Shown here: in pieces, positions 20,975 through 31,923 of the stretch
Position numbering within the stretch: position 1 is the first letter of the stretch
How the letters are laid out: each line of letters starts with the position of its first letter
DNA from: Nitrospirota bacterium
Lineage (GTDB): Bacteria; Nitrospirota; Nitrospiria; Nitrospirales; Nitrospiraceae
Length of the DNA stretch: 64,000 nt
Assembly: GCA_963701855.1 (NCBI GenBank)
Contig: CAVPBK010000004.1
Span: forward strand, 256,001 to 320,000
Direction of reading: 5' to 3'
Position numbers and translations under genes: made by a program
The notes under the pieces: generated by a model
The model's database searches: none
What the model was told of the DNA's origin: nothing
Seen by the model: only the letters and a program-made list of their open reading frames with translations

Positions 20975-21165
20975 GTGGTCTTCAGGAAAGACATTACCGT
21001 CCAGACCTATGGTCACGACAAATACAAGCACACCCTCGCCGATGTGCTTCTACCCGATGGCACCAACGTCAATCATACGATGGCCAAAGACGGTTGATGC
21101 TGGTGGTATCGAAAGTATGTGCCAGGGAGTACGACGCTAGAGAGGCTAGAAGTCGAGGCGCGAGA
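20975..21165 (+). pseudogene. thermonuclease internal fragment
   Basis: VVFRKDITVQTYGHDKYKHTLADVLLPDGTNVNHTMAKDG*CWWYRKYVPG...LEVEARE. Confidence 0.8.
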
Positions 21166-21237
21166 GGTGAGAATCTCTGGGGTATTGTGGAAGGCACGAG
21201 CCCCCATCCGTTGAGACGCTATGTGGATGTTCTTTGG

Positions 21238-21708
21238 TCATCTATCTCCTTTGCGCCTCCTTAGGCTCCCTCCTATGCGGTCGCGCTCGTGCTCGAAGCC
21301 CAGGGCGATGTAGTACAGCGCGTAATCGAAGAACTGGCTGGCCAGGTGCAGCAGCTCCAACTCCCCGCGCAGTTCCATGGCGTTATCGGACAGACCTTCA
21401 CGCTGGACGAAATCGCGCACATGCTGCTTGGTGGCGGTGATGGCCCAGAAGACGTGGCTGTAGGCCACGCCCTGCTGGGCGCGGCGCGCGCCCAGCTCGG
21501 TGTAACGCCGCTCCACCTGGGTCTCGGCCTTGTCCAGCAGCCAGTCACACAGGTTGCGGTAGATCTCGCGGGTGCGGGCTTCGAGTTCGCTCGCCGGGAC
21601 TTTGTGCAAATCGCTGCACTGGGGAGCGTTCCAAGCCTTCTCGCTGAGCTCGCGAGAAAGCTGTTCGATGTGACTCTCGATAAGCTGCACCAATCGGACG
21701 GCAAGCAT
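21238..21708 (-). CDS. RsbRD-N-like (globin-fold) helical protein
   Basis: All-helical, with YTELGARRAQQGV...FFDYALYY. Noticeably GC-rich codon usage. Confidence 0.6.
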   Translation of the reverse strand: MLAVRLVQLIESHIEQLSRELSEKAWNAPQCSDLHKVPASELEARTREIYRNLCDWLLDKAETQVERRYTELGARRAQQGVAYSHVFWAITATKQHVRDFVQREGLSDNAMELRGELELLHLASQFFDYALYYIALGFEHERDRIGGSLRRRKGDR

Positions 21709-21787
21709 GGAGCATCTCCAGGTAGAACAAGCGTCTGCGTAGGAAAATTCGCGAACCCCTAATTCTGGGCGGTGACTTTACTAGATA

Positions 21788-21960
21788 GATGGCACTAACG
21801 TCAATCACACATGGTCAAAGACGGTTGGTGATGGTGGTATCGGGAGTATGCGCCAGGTGACACATTGCTGGAAGGGTTAGAAGCGGAAGCACGAGAGACG
21901 AAGAAAGTCTTGTGGACCGATCCGCAGCCGGTGCCGCCGAGGGAGTGGCGGAAGAAGAAA
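21788..21960 (+). pseudogene. thermonuclease C-terminal fragment
   Basis: [53 protein letters not shown]. Confidence 0.8.
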
Positions 21961-22132
21961 CGACGGTGGAGTCGAGCAAGACCATTTGTTCTGCTCCCTC
22001 TTTCTCACATCGGCAATGACATGAGCACGCCTCCTGAGACAATCCCCCCTCCTAAATCCCAGGAGGTCTACTTCCGAGGTACCTCCTATAGGTCTATCGC
22101 TGGGCATGCCGTGTGCTATCCTTTATTCATGA

Positions 22133-22414
22133 ATGACGAGTGCCAAGACCTGCACCAAAGAGATTGATCTACTCTGCTCACGCTGCCGAGATCTCATGGT
22201 AGAAGATCAATTCCTAGACCTTCAGGGCACATCTGGACAGATGTGGACAGCCAGCTGGCGGTGTATGAATTGCCGTCATGTCTACGACTCCGTGATCGTA
22301 CAGAATCGCCTGACCCGGCAGGAGAAGGTCTTGGCACTCCCAAGTGGTGAGCCGAACTATCAGGATAAAGAAGTCCATCTTGGAGCAGAGTCTTTTATCA
22401 GGAGAGCGGCCTGA
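22133..22414 (+). CDS. small Zn-ribbon protein, paralog of 18333-18578 (start degraded)
   Basis: CSRCRDLMVEDQFLDLQG..GQMWTASWRCMNC...QEKVLALPSGEP..EVHLGAES..R.AA, nearly collinear with 18333-18578. Confidence 0.6.
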   Translation: MTSAKTCTKEIDLLCSRCRDLMVEDQFLDLQGTSGQMWTASWRCMNCRHVYDSVIVQNRLTRQEKVLALPSGEPNYQDKEVHLGAESFIRRAA

Positions 22415-22435
22415 CGTAGCCGACATACAGCAAGG

Positions 22436-22732
22436 ATGAACGAACCTGAAGAGGGAGATGCGCTGATGCAAGCAAAAGGAAAACGGGAAATAATGACATA
22501 TCCGCAATCGGCGGGACACTTAGCCTTAGCCGATGAGAGCCTGGCCGTACTTCAACCACCCAAAGCCAAGACCCGCTCCCAGGTGCAGAGCGTAAGACAG
22601 GACAATACAGAGGAGGCTTCTGACGCTTACGCCCTGGCTCCCGCAACGGGAATGATTGTGGACATTGGGCTGTCAACCATGCTGTGGTGTCTCATCATTC
22701 TCACCATGTATTGGATTCATGTACAACTCTAA
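22436..22732 (+). CDS. hypothetical protein with C-terminal TM helix
   Basis: C-terminal hydrophobic stretch IGLSTMLWCLIILTMYWIHV. Confidence 0.45.
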   Translation: MNEPEEGDALMQAKGKREIMTYPQSAGHLALADESLAVLQPPKAKTRSQVQSVRQDNTEEASDAYALAPATGMIVDIGLSTMLWCLIILTMYWIHVQL

Positions 22733-23005
22733 CCTCTAGGTTCAAGCCGCCCCCACTCGCATCCCGTACTCCCATGGGAGTGGCGGAAGAGGTGCAGGTG
22801 AGCGGAGAGTGTCGGGCCTGCTCCACTTTCCCCCTACTTCAGACAACGCTCCTCTTAGCTTTGCTCGTACACTAATGGCTAGGCATGGGGATCCCCGAAC
22901 AGGCTCCCGTCCTGCCGACAAAGCCCTCCCTTCCTCTCGCCACAGCACAGCGATGTAGATGAATGCCTGGGCGTGGAGGCTCAGAAGTGGTAGGCAGACT
23001 CTAAC

Positions 23006-23773
23006 TTAATTCCTTTTGATGCTTCCCGGAACCGAGGAGTTATAATTGGGATTAAGATTCTCCCAGACCCCGTGATGAGCTTCGCTCATCCCCCAGCCTC
23101 GCACGTAGAGGAGCGACAGCACCGGCTCAGTCTCGAATCGCTGCGTGCCCGTTACTTGTCCGACCACCGTTATTCGCGCCCACTGCCGATACTGGTGGGG
23201 GAATTGTTGCTTTACTGTCACCACCCAGTAGTTGCCAGATTCTGGACCATCCGTGTCGACGGGGTGGTGGGGTACATAATCTTGGTCCAGCGGTCGGTTC
23301 TTGACATGCAACCAGAGGTACTGCTCACTCTCTTCTTCTTCAATGATTGTTCCCCCCAACAGCACCACCTTCCCACGATACGTCTCTGGATGGGCGATCA
23401 GCGCGGTGAGCGTAGTGCCAGGCTCTGCCATCCGCACATATTGGCGCGGCACGGTGGTGCATCCCCAAAGGGCTACGGTCATGGTGATGGCCATTGTAAA
23501 GCGCGCAGACCGCCGTTGGAGCCAAGCACACGGAGTCATAAGGCGATGTCCTTGGTTGGGTTGTGTTCGCAGTGAGCTGCCTGACATGCTGTGGTCCTCA
23601 CGTCTCGCCCGTGCAGAGATCATGTCGTCGTCTGACACCGGCGCGGCCAAGGCGAACAACCGCGCTACGATGTCGGCCCCACAAGACCTCTTTGAATATG
23701 ACAGGCAGGTTGTAAAAGGCATGGGAGCCGCATATGGAGGCGTATTGTAGGAGGATGGCGAAGAAAGGCGCAA
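23006..23773 (-). CDS. Slp-family outer-membrane lipoprotein
   Basis: ALWGC lipobox, PETYRGKVVLLGGTII, RPLD, ITVVGQVTG. The real start is probably about 23590 or further downstream. Confidence 0.75.
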   Translation of the reverse strand: MRLSSPSSYNTPPYAAPMPFTTCLSYSKRSCGADIVARLFALAAPVSDDDMISARARREDHSMSGSSLRTQPNQGHRLMTPCAWLQRRSARFTMAITMTVALWGCTTVPRQYVRMAEPGTTLTALIAHPETYRGKVVLLGGTIIEEEESEQYLWLHVKNRPLDQDYVPHHPVDTDGPESGNYWVVTVKQQFPHQYRQWARITVVGQVTGTQRFETEPVLSLLYVRGWGMSEAHHGVWENLNPNYNSSVPGSIKRN

Positions 23774-24142
23774 GACCTACATGGGGGAATGGTACGAGCG
23801 ATAGCGGCGGGCTTACGAGGGACAGACTTGAAGAGGCGTCATCTAGACCGCCATGGCAACCCCTTGGATTTCAAAGCGTAGAAAAAGTAACAACGATGGT
23901 TGGATCGCTTACCCTCAACCAAATCGCACCTCGTACGACCCGGTTGCTCACCAGGCGAAGCCTCTCCCTCTTGTTACCGCCAGTCGCTTTAAGTCAGATC
24001 CCTTGGTACTGATAGCATTGCACCCAGTGTCAGCCGTGTGAGCTGGCGGAAGAGGCAAGAGCCTGAGCGGGCAAGCTCTTTTCTTGGCAATGGTACACAC
24101 CTGCATCGTTCTCATTGGAACAAGAATCGTTAGCTTAATCAG

Positions 24143-24203
24143 GTCGAGGGTGTCCTAGACGGCGACACCCTCGAAGGCCTGAACTCCCGAACGCATCCGT
24201 CTC
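24143..24203 (+). pseudogene. thermonuclease N-terminal fragment
   Basis: VEGVLDGDTLE followed by PERIRL. Confidence 0.6.
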
Positions 24204-24284
24204 CCGCAGTCCCAATGACACACAAAAGAATGCCGCGACCCACTCAATCTTAAGAATGAGGAGGCGCAACATTCTAGCGTGCCA

Positions 24285-24371
24285 TCATTTGTCATATGGC
24301 CACCACAAAATCATAGACGCCCCTAATACGAACACGCCGACTAAACCACCGAAGGCAAGAGCAATTTCCAT
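24285..24371 (-). CDS. 28-aa single-TM peptide (not in ORF track)
   Basis: MEIALAFGGLVGVFVLGASMILWWPYDK*, with GGAGG about 5 nt upstream. Confidence 0.5.
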   Translation of the reverse strand: MEIALAFGGLVGVFVLGASMILWWPYDK

Positions 24372-24482
24372 AATAACCTCCAAGGGTAGATGGTGGATTC
24401 GACTATGGTTTTCTCTGAATCGGCTGATTTCAGTAGGCCATAGCCGCTGCTTTGATACCACAAGCGCCTGTATAGGTCAACT

Positions 24483-24499
24483 AGCAGTACTAGCGCCAA
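24483..24499 (-). promoter_or_regulatory. sigma54-like -24/-12 promoter
   Basis: Minus-strand TTGGCGCTAGTACTGCT (GG-N10-GC). Confidence 0.4.
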
Positions 24500-24506
24500 T
24501 AACTCA

Positions 24507-24630
24507 CTGGTGAATAACGGTTGGTGGTGGTATCGAAAGTATGCGCCGGGTGAGCTTGAGAAGCTAGAAAAGGAAGCGCGAAACGTGAAAAATGGCTTGT
24601 GGGCCGACCCCAAGCCGGTGCCCCCGAGAG
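24507..24630 (+). pseudogene. thermonuclease C-terminal fragment
   Basis: LVNNGWWWYRKYAPGELEKLEKEARNVKNGLWADPKPVPP. Confidence 0.8.
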
Positions 24631-24846
24631 TCACGAAAGAGGAAATCATGCTAGGAGGCAGGCGTCATTTTCTGGCATTAGCGCGCGCCTTTGTCGCTCG
24701 ATCGGCGCCAGAATCGTGGGGCAAAATAAATCCGGTTGGGGGCGTCATCCACAAACCAAGCTCGCTCGACCCGAAGCCATAATGTGGTTCTTGGCGACGG
24801 GATACGCCCCTCATGAGATCTGCTTCAGAGGCTAGTTTCGTGTGAC

Positions 24847-25016
24847 GCTGAGTGCTCAAAAAATCCGTCCATCAAGATCGCAGCGAACCATCACTGTACA
24901 AATGGTGGCTGGGATGATCCCAACTGCGCGCGTCCAACGAGGGCCTTCTGAGGCCGCGCGTTGCGCGAGCACAGGGATCGTCCCAGTTCCCCCGCCTCTT
25001 TTTTCAGCACCCTGCT
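24847..25016. mobile_element. MITE-like composite repeat
   Basis: Ends resemble the 14836 TIRs (...TGCTCAAAAAA / TTTTTTCAGCACCCTGC+TAG). The internal GAGGGCCTTCTGAGGCCGCGCGTTGCGCGAGCACAG recurs inverted at about 59628-59663. Confidence 0.6.
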
Positions 25017-25021
25017 AGTAT

Positions 25022-25351
25022 TCATCTACGATACACCACGGTGACCTGGGCGAGAAAGTCGATGAGTTCAGCGGTGTGCCGTCGGATCGCGCTCCGGTCT
25101 TCTCGCGCTGCCGCGTGCTCCAAAGCCTCCCCTATCGTACTGATGGCGTCGAACCCGTATCCTCCTCCGTCCCCTTTCATACGATGACCGATCATACGAA
25201 TTGGCGCCAGATTATTTTGTTGCAACGCAGTTTCGAGTGCCTGCACGTCACGTTGACGATTCTCCAGAAATCCCGGAACGATCTCTTCAAGGCCCGGGTC
25301 GATGTACACGGTGATACCATTCACGGCACGTCTGTTCGGTCCCGTGGTCAT
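25022..25351 (-). CDS. Hpt phosphotransfer protein
   Basis: [24 protein letters not shown]. Confidence 0.9.
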   Translation of the reverse strand: MTTGPNRRAVNGITVYIDPGLEEIVPGFLENRQRDVQALETALQQNNLAPIRMIGHRMKGDGGGYGFDAISTIGEALEHAAAREDRSAIRRHTAELIDFLAQVTVVYRR

Positions 25352-28300
25352 AGAGTACGCCTTCCGTTACAAGCCTGGAGGACTTCTAGGAGGGTGTGCT
25401 TCTTGATGGGTTTGGTCAAGTGGGCATTGCAGCCGGCTTCAAGAATCTTGACCCCGTCTTCTTTGAGTGCCAGAGCGGTCAAGGCAATCACCTGTGTGGG
25501 AGGGAGATCATGCTCCCGTTCCCAGGCCCGGATTGCTTTTGTAGCCTCATAGCCATCCATCACCGGCATCTGCACATCCATCAGGATGAGGTCGTAGTAG
25601 CCATTCTTGAATAGCTCCAATGCGATGGCTCCGTTATCCGCGATTTCGAGGCGATAGGGAGTCTGCTTCAAATAGGAACGGATCAGCAACTGATTGTCCG
25701 TGGAATCTTCTACCAATAAGATGCGAAGTGCCCTGACTTCGGTAGGAATTGTAGGAGCACCTGATGCTGAAGCAGTCGTAAGTTGGATGCCCTTAGAACG
25801 CTCAAGAGCGATGCTGATGGTCTGGAGCAGATCCGATGTCCTGATTGGTTTGATCAAATAGCCACCCAACCCCATGTCATAGGTCCTGGCGATATCGTCG
25901 GCCCAATGGTCAGAGGCCATCATCACAATCGTCAGACCCTGGGCAGGGCCGGCCCGCCTGATCTCTTCAGCGACCTGGAACCCATCTATCTCCGGCATGC
26001 GACAGTCGAGAAGCAAGAGCTTGTATGGCCGCGCCGAAGCAGCAGCTCGCCGCCATTCTTCGATGGCCTCACGACCGGACGCAGTATCCGTCACCTCAGC
26101 TCCCAAGGCCGCCAACGTTTGGCGAAGGATCATGCGGTTGGTGGCGTGATCATCGACTACGAGGGTTTTGACGCCTTGAAGATTAAGGGCAGACTTGTCG
26201 TGTGTGGGTGTTGGGCTGGATTGCACCGCAAGCTGCACACAGCAATGAAATGTGCTGCCCTCTCCGAGAGTGCTCTCCACCCAGATTCGTCCGTTCATAA
26301 GCTCGGCTAATTGCCTTGAAATGGTCAGGCCTAAACCGGTTCCCCCATACTTGCGCGTCGTTGAAGCGTGTGCTTGCGTGAAGCTATCAAAAATGACCGC
26401 GAGCTTGTCGGGCGGAATACCAATCCCTGTATCGCTAACAGAAAATCGAATGGCTCCGGGAATGGGGAGTTCCGGAGCCTGCATGACCCACACCGTGACA
26501 GACCCACTGTCGGTGAATTTGATCGCATTGCTGATGAGATTGATGAGGATCTGGTGGAGCCTAGTGGGGTCTCCAATCACGGCACGAGGGACGTCAGGCG
26601 TTAGGTGGCAGGCAAGCTCGAGACCTTTTTCATTGGCGCGCATGGCGAGAATCTCGATAGCTTTCTCAACCAGGTCACTCAAATCAAAGTCAGTTGATTC
26701 CAGCTCCAGATGGCCGACCTCGACTTTTGACAGGTCGAGAATATCGTTGATCAGATTCAATAGATTTCCGCCGGCGCGGCGGAAAATGCGCAAGTATTTT
26801 CTTTGCTCGGGGGTCAGATCCGTCTCCCATAATAGATCGGCCATGCCTATAATGGCGTTCATGGGTGTCCGAATCTCGTGACTGACGCTGGCAAGGAATT
26901 CATTTTTTGCTGCGCTCGCAATTTCCGCTCTCTCCTTCGCCTGGCGCAGGGCTCTCTCTGATTCCCCGCGTTCCATGGCTTCCATCGCGAGAGTCACCAT
27001 CGTGGCGAATGACGCGGCAACAGTCATTTCATCAGCGGTCCATGTGCGACGCGCACCGAGGTATTCATGGCACAAAACGCCAACCGTTTTCCCTTTGTGT
27101 CTGATCGGCGCATCGAGCATCGCGCCGATCCCGAGCGGCGTGAGATACGACGATGAAAATTCACAGGTGCGGGGATCGAATTGAGCATCGTGAGCGGCGA
27201 GAGTATTTTCTTCCCTCTCCAACGCCTGAAAGTAAGACGGGAATTGGCTGGCCAGGAGAACGGTTCCTGCACTATGCTGACGGGTGAGAACCTCGTACAG
27301 ATCTTGCAGTTGGATGGCTGAGCGGTCTTCCTGGAACAGCCAGATGCTTGCGCGCTCGACCGCCAACACGCGGCTCGCCGTCTCGGTGATGGCCCGAAAC
27401 GCTTGGTGGAGGTCTCCGGAGATGATCGCCTGGCTCTGGGTCAATTCGAGCAGCCCGGCCTGAAGTTCTTGGAGCAAACTGAAGCGCCGCCTTTCTTGCC
27501 TGGCTACTCGTTTGCTCTCTGTAATGTCACGGCATGTGCAGATGACGTCGGATTTATGTCCGTCGCCACGGGTGAATTGCTGCCAGGCAACTTCGACGTC
27601 GAACGGTTCACTAGTCTTCTTTCTGCCAACCAATTCGCCTCGCCAATATCCGACACGTACCATGAAGGGGAGATGGTGTTGCTCGATCGTGACCTGTTGC
27701 TCAGGACTGTAGAGATCCCTCCACGACGTTCCAATCAATTCTTCAACTTTGTAGCCATACATGGCGGCGTAGGCCTGATTCATATAGGTGTACAATCCAT
27801 CGGCATTCAGAATGGCAAGACCTTCCATGCCGTGATCCACAGCGCGCTGGAGTTGAACCAGCGTCTCATGCACACGTTTCTGCTCAGTGATATCTTCCGA
27901 AATGCCGAGCAAATACCGGGGGTGTCCCTGCTGGTCCACAATGGGGATTTTTTTCGTATGAAGTATCCGCCGCCCTCTCTTTCTCGTCTCCAGGGGTTCT
28001 TCTGGAATATCAACGAGACTTCCACTCCCAAGAACTTCCCGATCCTTGCTCGTAAAAAAGTCGGCTTCTGCCTTCGAAAAGAAGTCGTAATCGTTCTTGC
28101 CTAGCAGATCATCGCGCGAGTACCCAAGCAGATCCTCGCCGGCACGATTGAATTGAACGAACCGGAGATCTTGAGCATCCTTCACAAAAATCATATGCGG
28201 AATGTTCTCAAGAATTGACTGCATGAAGCGCTCCGTCCCCTGCACCTCCTGCTCAATGCGTTTGCGCTCAGTGATATCATTTCCGACCGCTAGGATGCCT

Positions 28301-28779
28301 CGTACTTTGCCCGTGCCGACAACGATACGACTGACACCCCACAAAAGTGTGTGCCGGCCACCCTTCCGGTCGATGACCTCATGTTCATACGCGGGAGTGG
28401 GCACCCCTTCAAGCACCTTGCGCATGATAGCAGACACTGCCTCGCGGATTTCTTTGGGCAAGAAGGTTGTGAGGTAATCTTTCCCCATGACCTTTTCTCT
28501 AGACCAGCCATAGATTCGTTCAGCTGCGCGATTCCACTCGAAGATCCGGCACTTGGGCGTCAGCCCAATGATCACGCTTGGGCTGGTTTCCAATAAGCTG
28601 CGATAACAGTCTTCGCCCGAAGGCCGCGCCTGCCCGATAGCGCGCGGACCAAGATAGCTGGTGGCTGGAACACGAATTCGTGCAGAGGGTCTGTTTCGTT
28701 GTAGCGCTTCGGCGTGGCGTGGAGATTGACTCTTTTGGGTAGAGTTCGAACGAGAGATAGTCTTGGATCGCTTGATCAT
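25348..28779 (-). CDS. hybrid sensor histidine kinase (3xPAS-GAF-HisKA-HATPase-REC-REC)
   Basis: PAS repeats ending DITERK/DITEQK/DITESK, H-box [33 protein letters not shown], and two receiver domains. Confidence 0.95.
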   Translation of the reverse strand: MIKRSKTISRSNSTQKSQSPRHAEALQRNRPSARIRVPATSYLGPRAIGQARPSGEDCYRSLLETSPSVIIGLTPKCRIFEWNRAAERIYGWSREKVMGKDYLTTFLPKEIREAVSAIMRKVLEGVPTPAYEHEVIDRKGGRHTLLWGVSRIVVGTGKVRGILAVGNDITERKRIEQEVQGTERFMQSILENIPHMIFVKDAQDLRFVQFNRAGEDLLGYSRDDLLGKNDYDFFSKAEADFFTSKDREVLGSGSLVDIPEEPLETRKRGRRILHTKKIPIVDQQGHPRYLLGISEDITEQKRVHETLVQLQRAVDHGMEGLAILNADGLYTYMNQAYAAMYGYKVEELIGTSWRDLYSPEQQVTIEQHHLPFMVRVGYWRGELVGRKKTSEPFDVEVAWQQFTRGDGHKSDVICTCRDITESKRVARQERRRFSLLQELQAGLLELTQSQAIISGDLHQAFRAITETASRVLAVERASIWLFQEDRSAIQLQDLYEVLTRQHSAGTVLLASQFPSYFQALEREENTLAAHDAQFDPRTCEFSSSYLTPLGIGAMLDAPIRHKGKTVGVLCHEYLGARRTWTADEMTVAASFATMVTLAMEAMERGESERALRQAKERAEIASAAKNEFLASVSHEIRTPMNAIIGMADLLWETDLTPEQRKYLRIFRRAGGNLLNLINDILDLSKVEVGHLELESTDFDLSDLVEKAIEILAMRANEKGLELACHLTPDVPRAVIGDPTRLHQILINLISNAIKFTDSGSVTVWVMQAPELPIPGAIRFSVSDTGIGIPPDKLAVIFDSFTQAHASTTRKYGGTGLGLTISRQLAELMNGRIWVESTLGEGSTFHCCVQLAVQSSPTPTHDKSALNLQGVKTLVVDDHATNRMILRQTLAALGAEVTDTASGREAIEEWRRAAASARPYKLLLLDCRMPEIDGFQVAEEIRRAGPAQGLTIVMMASDHWADDIARTYDMGLGGYLIKPIRTSDLLQTISIALERSKGIQLTTASASGAPTIPTEVRALRILLVEDSTDNQLLIRSYLKQTPYRLEIADNGAIALELFKNGYYDLILMDVQMPVMDGYEATKAIRAWEREHDLPPTQVIALTALALKEDGVKILEAGCNAHLTKPIKKHTLLEVLQACNGRRTL

Positions 28780-28852
28780 AGACTGCGGTGCAAGGATGGC
28801 TGTTCGGCCAAGGAACTTACATTATGGATGGCCCTGCGACAGTACCGAGCCA

Positions 28853-29860
28853 TCATGTGTCGTGGTTGTGTGGGACCAGGGTGAGAACGCCGGCTTGCTT
28901 AGCCCTGTTTCTGCCTTCTTGTTTGGCTTGATAGAGCGCTTGATCTGCCGCCTTGATCAAATCGGTGGTAGAAGCGTTCCGGCTTGGGATGGTACTGGCG
29001 AAGCCCGCGCTGATGGTGGTGCAGCCACCATCGGGGTGCGTAATGCCGAGAGCCTCAATTCGTTGCCGAAGCGTTTCCGCCACCTGCGCCGCTCCTTCCG
29101 TGCGGGTACCGGGAAGCACGACCACGAATTCGTCGCCGCCGTATCGAGCAACCAGGTCTCCTGGTCTGTTGACGGCTCCTGAGATCATGGCTGCAACCTG
29201 CCGGAGACATTCGTCGCCCGACGTATGCCCGAGGGTATCGTTGTAGGATTTGAAACGATCAATATCGAGCATGATCAAAGAGAGCGGCGTCAATTCGCGG
29301 ACGGCACGGCGCCATTCCTGGTCCAGGAAGTCGTCAAATTGCCGGCGGTTAGTAATGCCGGTGAGGCCGTCAAGACAGGACAGGCGCAGCAGCATCTGGT
29401 TCGCTTCCTGGAGTTGACGCATGACCTCAAGAAGCTCCTGCTCACGGGCCCGGCGCCGGTCGATTTCGTGGACCAGCCGCAAGACCGATCGGATGCGAGT
29501 CAAGAGCTCGATCTTGTTGATGGGTTTTCCGATGTAGTCGAGCGCGCCTGCAGCAAAGGCAAGTTGAAGATCGACGGGATCGGTTTTCACGGTGACCATC
29601 ATGATAGGCGTGTCACGGAATCGCTCGACCGCCTTGATCTGGCGGCAGGCTTCGATGCCGCTCATTTCCGGCATGACGATGTCCATGAGGATCAGGTCGA
29701 CTCGAGTGGCAGCGCCATGCTTCCCGTCATCGAAACCCAGCAAACGGAATGCTGCGGCAGCCGAGTCGGCGACCAGAAGATGGTCGTAGCCGGCAGCCGA
29801 CAGGATCGACTGAAGCAAGAGGCGGTCATCTGCAGAATCATCGACTATTAAGATGCTCAT
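28853..29860 (-). CDS. REC-GGDEF diguanylate cyclase
   Basis: MSILIVDD receiver, [10 protein letters not shown], RxxD I-site (RPGD) and ARYGGDEF. Confidence 0.95.
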   Translation of the reverse strand: MSILIVDDSADDRLLLQSILSAAGYDHLLVADSAAAAFRLLGFDDGKHGAATRVDLILMDIVMPEMSGIEACRQIKAVERFRDTPIMMVTVKTDPVDLQLAFAAGALDYIGKPINKIELLTRIRSVLRLVHEIDRRRAREQELLEVMRQLQEANQMLLRLSCLDGLTGITNRRQFDDFLDQEWRRAVRELTPLSLIMLDIDRFKSYNDTLGHTSGDECLRQVAAMISGAVNRPGDLVARYGGDEFVVVLPGTRTEGAAQVAETLRQRIEALGITHPDGGCTTISAGFASTIPSRNASTTDLIKAADQALYQAKQEGRNRAKQAGVLTLVPHNHDT

Positions 29861-29910
29861 GCGCTCTGACTCCAGTGAATACGAGTGGTGAGCCGGAGAA
29901 ATCGTACCAA

Positions 29911-30549
29911 CTAGTCCTGGTAAACTCCAGGATAAAGCTTTTTGACACAAGGCTGACAGATGCCGTGGCTGAATTCAGCCTCGGAATGTTCGCCGATATA
30001 TTCTTCCAGCTGTTGCCAAAATCCGCCGTCATTGCGGATCTTTTTACAGGATGCACAGATGGGGATGAGCCCTCTGAGAACTTTGACATCCCGCAGAGCT
30101 TTTTGCAGCTCATCGTTGCTTCGACGAAGCTCTCCTTCTCGCGCTTTGCGGCAATCCATTTCTTTTTTCAGCGCGAGCGCGGAGGAGGCTCGTGCCAAGA
30201 GTTCCATGCTGTTCACCGGCTTGGTGATGTAATCATTCGCTCCCGCTGCAAAGGCAGCTTGAAGATTGGAGAGATCGGTTTTAGCCGTGACCATAATGAT
30301 GGGAATATCGCACAGATGCGGCCGGCTCTTTATCTGGCGACAGGCTTCAACTCCATCCAGCTCCGGCATGAGGACGTCCATCAGAATCAAGTCAATCTTG
30401 GTGGACGGCTCATGGCCGTCCATGCCAAGCATGGGGAATGCGGCCTTTGCCGAGTCAGCGCTCAGAAGATCCGCATGGCCGGCCTTCCCAAGGATCGCGC
30501 GAAGGAGTACCTGTTGGTCTGGAGAATCGTCAACGATAAGAATGCCCAT
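29911..30549 (-). CDS. response regulator with C-terminal double-CxxC domain
   Basis: Receiver plus coiled coil plus [33 protein letters not shown]. Confidence 0.9.
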   Translation of the reverse strand: MGILIVDDSPDQQVLLRAILGKAGHADLLSADSAKAAFPMLGMDGHEPSTKIDLILMDVLMPELDGVEACRQIKSRPHLCDIPIIMVTAKTDLSNLQAAFAAGANDYITKPVNSMELLARASSALALKKEMDCRKAREGELRRSNDELQKALRDVKVLRGLIPICASCKKIRNDGGFWQQLEEYIGEHSEAEFSHGICQPCVKKLYPGVYQD

Positions 30550-30621
30550 GCCGACTCCTGTCAGGCGCTCGCATAGAGTCTGCGAGCAATCACCTTATCA
30601 GTATAGCAGGCGCCCATGGGG

Positions 30622-31068
30622 CTACTGGAGCTTGGCTCGAACAAGATCGCTGATCTGCTTGCCATCTACTGGCCGGCCGGCCACACGAACCATCACGGCT
30701 TTCATCACCGCGCCCATCTCTTTCAGCGATTGAGCGCCTGTTTCCTGAATGATCGCATCCACAACGGTGGAGAGCTGCTCGGCAGAGAGGGCCTGAGGGA
30801 GATAGGATTCGAGAATGGTGATTTCCTGTCGTTCTTTTGCAGCGAGTTCTGCTCGGTTACCTTTTTCAAATTGCTCGACCGATTCCCGGCGTTGCTTGAT
30901 CATGGTCGTCATGACGCGGCTCATTTCGGCATCATCGAGATCCTTTTTGATCTCCATTTCCTTGTTCATCACGGCGGCCTTGATCATGCGAATCACGTCC
31001 ATCCGCAGTTGGTCGCGAGCCTTCATCGCCAGCTTCAGATCTTCGGTCAGACGGTCGTGTAGGGACAT
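30622..31068 (-). CDS. yqeY: GatB/YqeY domain protein
   Basis: MSLHDRLTEDLKLAMKARD...IKQRRESVEQFEKGNRAELA..E..ILESYLPQ...EMGAVMK. Confidence 0.9.
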   Translation of the reverse strand: MSLHDRLTEDLKLAMKARDQLRMDVIRMIKAAVMNKEMEIKKDLDDAEMSRVMTTMIKQRRESVEQFEKGNRAELAAKERQEITILESYLPQALSAEQLSTVVDAIIQETGAQSLKEMGAVMKAVMVRVAGRPVDGKQISDLVRAKLQ

Positions 31069-31256
31069 CAGAATCTCGCGGGTAAGAGGGCTTGGTTGGG
31101 GTGGAGAATACCCCTTCATTCGGCATCAGTCAATGTACGGTCTCACCGGTGCAGCCGTCTACCCGGCGTGGTTTTCATGTCGAGCGGGGAGTATGATATT
31201 ACCAAGACTAGGTTACGGCTCGAAACAAGATGGAAGAATATATGAAGGAACGACTA

Positions 31257-31899
31257 TGGTGAGGCAACGCTCAGCGGTTGAGCTGATGACAGCCCTTACG
31301 GTGGCAGTTCTCGTGGCGAATTGTGCAAGTGTCGCCACTCAGACAAGTCCGGCGTTCTGGCTCCGTTCAGCACCTCCGCTAGCGCCCATCCCTGCCGATG
31401 TCCAGCAAATGGCGATGCTGTATCCGTGTGGAGGGACGCCTGCCTGGTCCAACGCCTATGGCCACTTGGAGGGAGCGGCATTCCAGTTCAAGACATTTCG
31501 CCCGAATCTGAGGATCATCGATCACTCCCTTATGCAAACCATCGTCTCGGAACATTGCTTTCAGGTTGGCGGACTAGTCTCCGAAGATAGTGCCGTCCGC
31601 ATCGGGCAAATCTTGGGGATAGACAGCCTGTTGATCTATCGAATCGAAGGGCCAACGATGCGCGACCGATTCTTTGTACGCCAGCATCGCGATCTTCCTC
31701 CGGCAACCATCACGAGTAAAATTACTTGAGTCGAGCATGGGGAAGTCGTCTATCCAACGTAGTCACAGCGCATGGAGATGAGGCTGAGGGAGTTGGGTGA
31801 TCACTCTCAGACAATATCGGCTATCATCGATGGAATCGCGAGGCATTAGACCGTGGCATCATACAGACGGTTCATAATTTGCGTCGCGCATTTGATTAA
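31257..31899 (+). pseudogene. CsgG-like lipoprotein, disrupted
   Basis: LVANC lipobox, and IVSEHCFQVGGLVSEDSAVRIGQILGIDSLL. There is a premature TGA at 31727-31729, with homologous-looking sequence (VEHGEVVY...RRAFD*) continuing beyond it. Confidence 0.6.
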
Positions 31900-31923
31900 C
31901 CATATGGATATGAGGGGATACGA

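Noticed and set aside
14997..24630. CRISPR array or integron attC array
   Set aside because: The repeats are protein-coding fragments of variable length and spacing. There are no cas or intI genes and no evident attC structure.
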